Positions 54,564 through 64,000 of a stretch of DNA of 64,000 nt are shown here, piece after piece. The notes below the pieces were generated by a model. That model made no database searches, was not told the DNA's origin, and saw only the letters and a list, made by a program, of their open reading frames with translations. The position numbers and the translations under genes are program-made. The first letter of the stretch is position 1; every line of letters starts with the position of its first letter. The DNA comes from Octopus sinensis (lineage: Eukaryota), in assembly GCF_006345805.1 (NCBI RefSeq), contig NC_043013.1:47368001-47432000 (forward strand). Reading direction: 5' to 3'.

Positions 54564-54789
54564 GGCGAGCTGGCAGAAACGTGAGCGCCGGGCGAAATGC
54601 TTAGCGGTATTTCGTCTGTCGTTACGTTCTTAGTTCAAATTCCGCCGAGGTCGACTTTGCCTTTCATCCCTTCGGGATCGATAAATAAAGCACCAGCTTC
54701 GCACTGGGGTCGATGTAATCGACTTAATCCCTTTTTCTGTCCTTGTTTGTCCCCTCTATGTTTAGCCCCTTGTGGGTGGTAAAGAAATA
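54564..54789 (+). mobile_element. Family A SINE
   Basis: Head through GGTAAAGAAATA. Imperfect TATAA.TGACGG duplication. Confidence 0.9.
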
Positions 54790-54819
54790 TATAACTGACG
54801 GAATAGGAAGATGAAGTCA

Positions 54820-55072
54820 TAGAAATTCTCCGATAAACACCACTGACTCTTTCCGGAGGTATATGGCAAAGAGCCAAATCCTGCTGCCACACACATGAAC
54901 TCCCACCAGCAAACGTTTCTAACCGGGGATTAACTAAAGTTTTCAACAGCTTCACATAGCTTTCTGAATTGAACCTATGACCCTGCTCAAAAATGTGAGA
55001 CGGCATGACGTCATTGTCACTGAAGTCACATGCAAAGTCACATGCAAAGCCCATAACAGTGTAGAGGAACAT
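54820..55072 (-). mobile_element. maT/DD37D-type Tc1-mariner transposase fragment
   Basis: SDNDVMPSHIFEQGHRFNSESYVKLLKTLVNPRLETFAGGSSCVWQQDLALCH resembles the DGDVMPPHIF..GLR.NS..Y..LL..VVKPW......YV.QQD.AP.H segment of DD37D transposases. Confidence 0.7.
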
Positions 55073-55161
55073 GGTTTACATGATACGTAGGACATTCCAT
55101 AGATTCTATGCGATCTAACTATTGTTCGCCGCATTGTACGGCTAGTTTAGATATTCTTTCC

Positions 55162-55608
55162 GGATCTTTTCGGTTTGACCGGCAGTTTTTTTCTAGCGGT
55201 GTCATATGAAATTGTCACCCATAATTATGACCCTAGTATCCATATATTGCATTTCAATCTGTTTTAGGTTTAAGGTTAGTTAGGGTTAATTAGGGTTAGT
55301 TAGGGTTAGGGGTGGGGGAAGGACATCTTTTTTCCTTCAGAAATGTAAATAAACCCAATCTGTTTCTTAAACGACGGACATATTCATACGGCACAGAATG
55401 TTTTCACCTCAATAGACGTCATTGATTGGTTGAAATTGCAGAATTTGAAGAAAAAACACAACAAATATCTTACAAACTATAGAATTTTCTCAATAAAGCC
55501 AGGAGAAAAAGATGTTTCATAAACACATTCTACCAGTATACAAAGTTTAAAAGTGTTTAGTTACGTGGAAATTATTTTAAAAAACTGCCGTTCGAACCGA
55601 AAAGATCC
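55162..55608 (-). mobile_element. Merlin-like MITE, copy 4 (opposite orientation)
   Basis: GGATC...GATCC termini. Perfect 8-bp TSD TTCTTTCC (55154-55161, 55609-55616). Internal TTAGGG-like run at about 55265-55315. Confidence 0.85.
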
Positions 55609-56424
55609 TTCTTTCCTTCTGGAAAACCAAATCGTCCCCAGCTCACCAAGATGCCCCAGCTTGTTCAGAAGATTCATTGCTTTTGTTAAACGGTCACATA
55701 CACACACACATACACACACACACACACAGAGGCACATACACGCGCTCATACACAAGTATGCTTATATGTACATAAAACTATAGTATAGTAATATACCTCG
55801 ACTTCATTCACTTCCGAAAATGAAATATTCACGTCTAATAAACGAGCAATAAAATGACAAAAATACTACCGCAGTGTATTTTGATAACAAGCATTTTCCA
55901 GCTCTCCAAAGCTGTTTAGACATATTTGCAGCAATAATTTCTGTTTTATCCTCTACATTACTGAGTGATGTGACAGATAATTTAAATGATATTTTAGAGC
56001 TCTAAATAAATATATATGAACTAGTGCACTGGTATAATCATTAATGACAGTAAATATATTTATCATATATGTGGTGAAAGGATGATATAATAAAGTTAAG
56101 ATATAGTGTCTTCGGCATATTTATAAATATAGATATTTGCATCGTGTAATGGATAATGATATTCCAGATTGCAGAGTCTCAGGGTAGAGAAACTTAGTGT
56201 TACACATTACACGGTTTGATATATGATAAGACCCCGCGTAAGATCGCAACCAATTGATAGTCAACGGAGATAATTTGTTCGATTGTATGTAGTTTGCCCT
56301 TTAAAGCCATTAGACATTGGGACCGCCCTAATCCGAGGTAAAATCCAGAAATAATTGGGAATTTAGATGTAATTATTAGCGAGCAATTAAAACTGCGACA
56401 TTTATAAGACATTAACACATGCAC

Positions 56425-56465
<41 letters not shown>

Positions 56466-56552
56466 CGTGTGTGTGCGTGCTTATGTGTGTATGCGTGTAT
56501 GAATGTGTGTGTGAGTGTATGTATGTATATATATATAAATATATATATATAA

Positions 56553-57716
56553 TTAATAAATATTAGGGAATAAATCCAAATTTACAGGGAAAAAATCAGA
56601 TTTAGGATTAAATCCAATTTTATAGTAAAATATTATAAAATATTATTAGGGAGGTTTTATCATTTATGTTTTGTGAGTCTTAGCTTATCATGGTAGTTTT
56701 ATAAAAGAATCCATTCATAATTTTTGTGTTTATTTGTCTGTGTGGGGTTGAGTGGGTTTTTGGAGTATATGTTGAGGTTTATATGTATGTATGTATAGGT
56801 ATGTGTAAGTGGTGTGGGTATTTGTATATGTCGTGGGTGTGTGGTTTACGTGTGTGTATTGTGTGTGAATGTTTAGGTTAGGGGGATTGCTATATAGGTA
56901 TGTTATAGAGTTTAGTAAAGGGAGATTTTATCATTATATGTTTTTATGAGTTTTGGTTTATCATGGTAGGTTTGTTAAGGAATTCGTAGTAATTTGTGTC
57001 TATTTGCGATGTCTGTTGTTTTATTGCATTGTTCATTCATAATTTTTAAGTAGTGTTCGTTTTACCAAGTGAATATAATTTTTAATTCCATTTATTCCAT
57101 TTCTCCGTTCATAATTTTAAGTGATGTCCGTTTTCTAGAGCGTGAATGTGGGTTGTATGTGTGTGTGTGTGGGAGTATGAATAAGTATTGTGTTGAAGTA
57201 TTTAGCTATTTTATTTATTTATAGTTGCCTAGACGTTTTTATGTGTATGTATAGGGATATATATATAGGGGTGTGATTTAGTGTATGTAGTTAGATATGG
57301 TTATATATAATTAGGTATATGTGTATGGGTGTATATATAGTTTATTATTATATTATTATTATTTTTTTGTTTTGTTTTATATTTTATATTTTATATTTTA
57401 TATTTTATATTTAATTGTTCATAGGTTTATTTTAGTTTATATATTGTTTATATATTGATTATATATGGATTATATATAGGTTATATATGGATTATATATT
57501 TATATTTTTTCATTCATACTTTAATTATTTTAAAATTATTATTTTTATATTTTAAAATATTGATATTTTAGATTGGAAGTCCACCTGAAGATTGTCGATC
57601 AAGACAAGAAACAATTGTAGTGGCGGTTTTTTTGACTATTTATTAAAATTTTATGTATTGATTAAGTCTTTCCTTGTTTGTTTTGCAAAATAGTGGTTTT
57701 GTCTCTAATAATATTT

Positions 57717-57720
<4 letters not shown>
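56553..57720 (+). mobile_element. Approximately 1.15-kb non-coding, hammerhead-bearing element between two (TA)n tracts
   Basis: G/T-skewed, no ORF, internal diverged direct repeats (about 56651 vs 56922 and 57037 vs 57110). Canonical hammerhead about 100 nt from the right (TA)n junction. Confidence 0.55.
57581..57623 (+). ncRNA. Minimal type I hammerhead ribozyme, canonical core
   Basis: CCAC-CTGAAGA-TTGTC gatcaa GACAA-GAAA-C AATT G-T-A-GTGG. Stem I 4 bp, stem II 5 bp, self-complementary ACAATTGT stem III, GUA triplet (cut after 57619). Confidence 0.85.
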
Positions 57721-57804
<84 letters not shown>

Positions 57805-57845
57805 CACATATATATATACATACATACATACATATATAATATATA

Positions 57846-57876
<31 letters not shown>

Positions 57877-59159
57877 CATACATATATTATATATATAAAA
57901 TATATATATATATAAAATATATATACTTAGAAAAGGATGCGTGACGTTCGATCATATAAAAATATAAATAAAATATAAATATATGCATATATACATACAT
58001 ATATGTACATACCCACATATATATGTGTATATATACATGCATATATGGGCACAGGACATCAAAAAAAATGACGTGAATAAGATGAGAAACGAGAACATAA
58101 AAAACAAAAACATAGAAAACAAACTTTTTTCGAACAACGTAAAAAACAAACAGGGAAACGAGACATGCAATATAAAGAACTTCATCAGTTGTCCTCTGTT
58201 TTATCTACTCTGCGTTTCGAAGGAAAGGACAAGACGCGACCTCGTTAAAACAGTCCGTGCTTTTATCTGTCTCTTCTCAACGAAATGGACCCCAGCATTT
58301 ATTGTTTGTAAGCCTAGTACTTATTCCATCAGACCTTTTGCCTGAACCTCTAAGTTACGGAGACGCAAACACACCAACATCGGTTGTCAAACGATAGTTG
58401 GGAGAGTGACAAATACAGACACAAAGTCATACACACATATATATATATATTCAACAAACTTGTACACACGCCATGCACTCACACGCACACACACGCTTAC
58501 ACATATATACAAACGTACACACATCCACACACACGCAAGCGCATATGAACTCACACATACCCACCACACACACAACACACACTCATACATAGGCGCACAC
58601 AATTACACATACATGGACATATACACACACGCATATACACGTACACACACGCACGCACACACAGAGAGGAACGCAGATATATTCCACAGACACAACCCCA
58701 CACACAAGCCTACGCTCACACACATACACATACGCACATACACACACATACACACACACACGCTCACACACGCATGCACGTACCACACTCAAAACACACG
58801 CACACACATGACATATACATACACGCACACACTTCAAACTGCCAGTTAAACACCTTTCTACTGACCATTCCCCTACACAAAATATTGCCACTCCTACTAC
58901 TAAATTCTCCCTACAACAGTAAGTGACACAAATTTCACTCAGACATAAACATATAAAGAGCCAAAACCATACATACACACACACAACACATAGACACACA
59001 TGCGCACACACACGTGCTATTACACACACACACACACAGACCTGCGCGCACGCTCATGCCCATGCATACATACACATACCGCCTTCTCTGACACTCTCCT
59101 GTCTTTGACATTTTTCTTCACCCATTCCCTTCCAGTCATTTCAAAATGTAATCATATGT

Positions 59160-59345
59160 GAATCGTTGGCGCTTTTCCTCTTCCGTCTACCATTCTACTG
59201 GATTTGCCTCTTTTTCCGAAGAAGAGCGTCTACTCGAAACGTTAAACGAACTTTTTTTCCTTTCCTAAGCGTCTGTTACAACATTACATGTACCGCGTCC
59301 TCACGTTGTTGTTTTTTGTGCTTGTTCTGTTTTTTTTTATTTACT
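59160..59345 (+). mobile_element. Penelope-type terminal fragment with a variant hammerhead (59213-59246)
   Basis: TTT-CCGAAGA-AGAG cgtcta CTC-GAAACGT-T-AAA (U4C, loopless ACGT stem III). (TA)n about 100 nt downstream. Confidence 0.55.
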
Positions 59346-59349
59346 ACAT

Positions 59350-59394
<45 letters not shown>

Positions 59395-59403
<9 letters not shown>

Positions 59404-59563
59404 GACGGGTTTCATTCAGTTTCCGTCTACCAAATCCACTCACAAGACTTTGCTCGGCCCGAGAGTATAGTAGAAAACACTTGCCCAAGAGACCACGCAA
59501 TGGGTTTCAACCCAGAGCCATGTGGCTGAGAAACAAGCTTGTTACCACACAGCCACGCCTGCG

Positions 59564-59565
<2 letters not shown>
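59395..59565 (-). mobile_element. 5' half of a family D SINE
   Basis: Reverse of the head and CORE block up to the internal (TA)n; 3' half absent. Confidence 0.8.
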
Positions 59566-59621
<56 letters not shown>

Positions 59622-60233
59622 GTGTGTCTGTGTGTGTATAGCTAATGGGTATATGTCAATTAGTGTGAGAAAAGGACATTCACAATGTCAGGAATTCTCA
59701 GTGACCGTTGAGATAATAATTGTTGAAGGAAACGGGTGATTGGTTTAGTGTCAGTCTTTATTCAGTACGACGCTCGTTTCCACCAATCCTGCAACTGCCC
59801 GTTAACGTGGAGATGAACACAGGCTTACAGACACGCACACACACGTGTGTCGACAGTATGTCGTTTGACGTGATGATTGCCTATCAGGATGTAGAATTCG
59901 TGGCAGACTTCCAGCACCCCGCTGCGAGGTAGATTCGGCCGTCAGTCACAGATGACCACACTCTGGGTGGAGCGGGGGTTGTGGATATACGCACACGTAC
60001 ATAAGTATTTGTATATACACACAAAGCCTCACACTCATATGTAGAGTTTACGGGGTGGGGGACTTAAATTATAAGTCCGATAATTTAATGACCCCCACCC
60101 CACTCAGTAACAATCTTATGCAAAGTAAACAACCCTGGATCTTACACCACGGAATATCCTGAATGGACTGTTACAATATATCATGTAAACTTTAGACTAC
60201 CTGTATAATGTGTACATACCCACGATCAATATA

Positions 60234-61196
60234 TATTTCTTTACTACCCACAAGGGGCTAAACATAGAGGGGACAAACAAGGACAGACAAACGGATTAAG
60301 TCGATTACATCGATCCCAGTGCGAAACTGGCACTTTATTTATCGACCCCGAAAGGATGAAAGGCAAAGTCGACCTCGGCGGAATTTGAACTCAGAACGTA
60401 ACGACAGACGAAATAACTATTTCTTTACTACCCACAAGGGGCTAAGCATAGAGAAGACAAACAAGAACAGACAAACGGATTAAGTCGATTACATCGACCC
60501 CAGTGCGTAACTGGTACTTTATTTATCGACCCCGAAAGGATGAAAGGCAAAGTCGACCTCGGCGGAATTTGAACTCAGAACGTAACGACAGACGAAATAA
60601 CTATTTCTTTACTACCCACAAGGGGCTAAGCATAGAGAAGACAAACAAGAACAGACAAACGGATTAAGTCGATTACATCGACCCCAGTGCGTAACTGGTA
60701 CTTAATTTATCGACCCCGAAAGGATGAAAGGCAAAGTCGACTCGGCGGAATTTGAACTCAGAACGTAACGACAGACGAAATAACTATTTCTTACTACCCA
60801 CAAGGGGCTAAGCATAGAGAAGACAAACAAGAACAGACAAACGGATTAAGTCGATTACATCGACCCCAGTGCGTAACTGGTACTTAATTTATCGACCCCG
60901 AAAGGATGAAAGGCAAAGTCGACCTCGGCGGAATTTGAACTCAGAACGTAACGACAGACGAAATAACTATTTCTTTACTACCCACAAGGGGCTAAGCATA
61001 GAGAAGACAAACAAGAACAGACAAACGGATTAAGTCGATTACATCGACCCCAGTGCGTAACTGGTACTTTATTTATCGACCCCGAAAGGATGAAAGGCAA
61101 AGTCGACCACGGCGTAATTTGAACTCACAACGTAACGGCAGCCGAAATACCGCTAAGCATTTCGCCCGATGTGCTAACGATTCTGCCAGCTCGCCG
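60234..61196 (-). mobile_element. Head-to-tail array of five family A SINE units inside one TSD
   Basis: Units start at 60234, 60418, 60602, 60785 and 60968 (183-184 bp). Only the last keeps the tRNA head. 16-bp direct repeat ACCCACGATCAATATA at 60218-60233 and 61204-61219. Confidence 0.9.
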
Positions 61197-61319
61197 TCCT
61201 ATAACCCACGATCAATATAACTATCTGATACGACATGTCATTGATATTGTTGTCGAATGCTGTCAAGACAATTGTACAATTGTATGTACAAGACTTGCAA
61301 TTCAATTTTTATATCTATA

Positions 61320-62377
61320 CTAGCAGTATCGCCCGGCGTTGCTCGGGTTTGTAAGGGAAATAACTATATAAGCATTTTTAGAGAGTTACTTCCCTTATAG
61401 ATGCCAATTCGGGCTTTCTTAGCCATTTCTGTTTTGGTGTCTTCAAGCCATGAAGTCGTTGTTCTAAAAGAATGCTGGTCTCCTTGACAACGCCTTACGA
61501 CGTTGATTTCCTTACACTCCCTTCCCCACAGCTTCACGAGGGAGGGAAGAAGCAAACAGGTGCACGTGTGACCATGGACGCCAACTCCGCCGCCATCGAC
61601 ACACGAAAAATTATGCATTAAAATGGAATAAAAAATGATGTTAAATTATTTTTAAAATCGTAGACTCATCGTAGACGCGCGCTAATACTCAGACGGGCTC
61701 GATATGAATCACGACTATAAGATACCCGAATTTGGGAGGAGTTAGGAATGTGGGAGGAGTTAGGAATCTAAATCGAAGGGGACAGACACTCACACAACTA
61801 CAGTTTTATATATATAGATATATAAAACTGTAGTTGTGTGAGTGTCTGTCCCTTTCGATTTTATATATATATTATAAAACTGTAGTTGTGTGAGTGTCTG
61901 TCCCCTTCGATTTAGATTCCTAACTACTCCCACATTTTGCGGTGCAGTTTAACCAAATTCGGGTATCTTATAGTCGTGATTCATATCGAGCCCTTCTGGG
62001 TATTAGCGCGCGTCTACGATGAGTCTACGATTTTAAAAATATTTTATCATCATTTTTTATTCCATTTTAATGCATAATTTTTCGTGTGTCGATGGCGGCG
62101 GAGTTGGCGTCCATGGTCACAACTGCACCTGTTTGCTTCTCCCCCTTCTTCCCTCCCTCGTGAAGCTGTGGGGAAGGGAGTGTAAGGAAATCAACGTCGT
62201 AAAGCGTTGTCAAGGAGACCATCGTTCTTTTAGAACAACGACTTCATGGCTTGAAGACACCAAAACAGAAATGGCTAAGAAAGCCCGAATTGGCATCTAT
62301 AAGGGAAGTAACTCTCTAAAAATGCTTATATAGTTATTTCCCTTACAAACCCGAGCAACGCCGGGCGATACTGCTAG
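61320..62377. mobile_element. Two non-autonomous Helitron-like copies head-to-head (1058-bp imperfect palindrome)
   Basis: Both outer ends are CCCGAGCAACGCCGGGCGATACTGCTAG|T. Left copy 61320-61818 (minus, 5' TCTATATATATAAAACTG), a 42-bp extra 5' end at 61819-61860, right copy about 61863-62377 (plus). Confidence 0.85.
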
Positions 62378-62713
62378 TAATATATATTGTGATTATTGTC
62401 TGTTTGTATACGCAACCAGGCATTAAGTCCGTCCAACTTCCAGTTTTATACAATATGCATTGCGACTGTTGAATGTTTACATGTGTAACCATCGGACTGA
62501 GTCTGTATGTCACTGAAGTATGGTAACAAGAAAGTATAGATGTATGCAGGCAAATACATTCACACTCGTTGTTGAGTGTGCATATGGAAGGATAAATACG
62601 CAGATACAATCTATAAGGTACGAACAGACATCGGTAATATAGATTTTTACCACATTCGTGCTTGCGTGAGAGAAATAGATACATAGATACAGAGATGATC
62701 TTTATAGTGTGCG

Positions 62714-62911
62714 GCAGAAACGTTAGCACGCCGAGCGAAATGTCGTTACGTTCTGAGTTCAAATTCCGCCGAGGTCGACTTTGCCTTTCATCATTTCGGG
62801 GTCGATTAAATAAGTACCAGTTACGCACTGGGGTCGATATAATCGACTTAATCCGTTTGTCTGTCCTTGTTTGTCTCGTCTATGTTTAGTCCTTTGTAGG
62901 TAGTAAAGAAA
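62714..62911 (+). mobile_element. Family A SINE with a short head deletion
   Basis: GGCAGAAACGTTAGCACGCC through GTAGTAAAGAAATA. TATA(G/A)TGTGCGG duplication. Confidence 0.85.
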
Positions 62912-63249
62912 TATAATGTGCGGACTTCTACTAGTGAGCCCTCATGAGTCAATTAGATGTTTGAATGCACAGAGAAAGACGCAGACGAATGCGTCTACGT
63001 GCATATGTAAACACCTGTTTACAGAGCCCTCCATTAGAATGTACCACCAACATATCACCAAAACTAAATAAATAGATAAATACAACACACACTCACACAC
63101 ACACATACATATGATTGTGCGGCTATGTGCATATTTTTAAATACTTGTGTAGGTATGCGTGTGCCTACAACCAAGAGAGCGTGGCCATCTGTGATCTACG
63201 TCGCAGCGGGTTGCCAGATAATAGATGGAAGTCTGCCACGATATTTACT

Positions 63250-63388
63250 TATTTCTTTATTACCCACAAGGGGCTAAACACAGAGGGGACAAACAAGGAC
63301 AGACATAGGTATTAAGTCGATTACATCGACCCCAGTGAGTAACTGGTACTTAATTTATCGACCCCGAAAGGATGAAAGGCAAAGTCGA
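63250..63388 (-). mobile_element. 5'-truncated family A SINE
   Basis: 13-bp TSD CACGATATTTACT (63237-63249, 63389-63401). Confidence 0.9.
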
Positions 63389-63884
63389 CACGATATTTAC
63401 TGACAGCTAATCACCACTTCAAACGGCATACTGGAGACTCACATGTGTGTGTGTGTATGTGTGCGTGTGTTTGTGTGTGTGTGTGTGCGTGTGTGTGTAT
63501 GTGTACGTCTATATATGTTTTCGTCCAACAGCGTAGACTCCAACCTCATAATCTTACTCTTTGACAGGTTGTTCTTTTCTTTTAGGATTCTATGATTTAC
63601 GCGGACGCACGTGTGTGTGTGTGTGTGTGTGTGAATGTGTGTGTGAATGTGTGTGTGAATGTGTGTGTGTGTGTGAATGTGTGTGAGCGTATGTGTCTCT
63701 ACGCCTGTCTGGGTGTGTGTTCATACCCGGGCGTGCGCACCCCTCCCCGTTAACCAAAATGTAATCTTTCTTTGACAGATTGTACTCTCCATATTTTATG
63801 AGGGTATGGTTTTGATTTTATGTTATATACTCACGGGCAGCTGCCGCTAGCCCCATTGGCCGGTTATAACCAAGATACGGCGAG

Positions 63885-64000
63885 CAAGAACAATATTCCT
63901 GGTATTTGGAGGAGAAATCGAAAATTTAGTGAAAGGCTGTAGAGCATGTGCTCAAGCGGTAAAAGTGAACCATGGCCAAAGCAGATGGTCCGTGGTCGAG
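63885..64000 (+). mobile_element. Ty3/Gypsy integrase remnant running off the window edge
   Basis: With frameshifts it reads EIENLVKGCRACAQAVK..PWPKADGPWS, the end of the integrase zinc-binding region before the catalytic core. Confidence 0.6.

Noticed and set aside
58180-58260. Minus-strand TAACGAGG..CCTTCGAAAC in a (TA)n-adjacent fragment
   Set aside because: Probably a decayed Penelope-type end, but too eroded to support a ribozyme call.
59723-60170. Possible minus-strand solo LTR (TGTTGAAGG end, reverse AATAAA)
   Set aside because: The second terminus, TSD and PBS could not be located.
60234-61196. CRISPR-like or satellite array
   Set aside because: Units are contiguous SINE copies without unique spacers, in eukaryotic DNA.

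Overview
AT-rich, microsatellite-saturated animal genomic DNA, most likely from an octopus. That assignment rests on my recognition of the tRNA-derived SINE families, not on a search. I cannot support any intact host gene; nearly all ORFs in the track are translations of simple repeats. The window is a mosaic of mobile elements. It holds about 30 SINE copies from at least four families, four Merlin-like MITEs with internal (TTAGGG)n-like repeats, one full-length frameshifted mariner plus decayed mariner and maT remnants, and a hAT MITE. It also holds Tx1-like, CRE-like and Penelope-like retroelement remnants, non-autonomous Helitrons, a probable solo LTR, a Gypsy integrase fragment and a 100-N assembly gap. 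The most notable signal not shown by the ORF track is a set of minimal type I hammerhead ribozyme folds. Two have a fully canonical core (52047-52093, 57581-57623), one has a single core change (1812-1852), and at least five more are variant or decayed. Most point toward a nearby (TA)n tract and several sit in small fold-back elements. Other unusual structures are a 1.06-kb head-to-head Helitron palindrome, a five-unit SINE array inside one 16-bp target duplication, a three-SINE train inside one 8-bp direct repeat, and a nested double hairpin.
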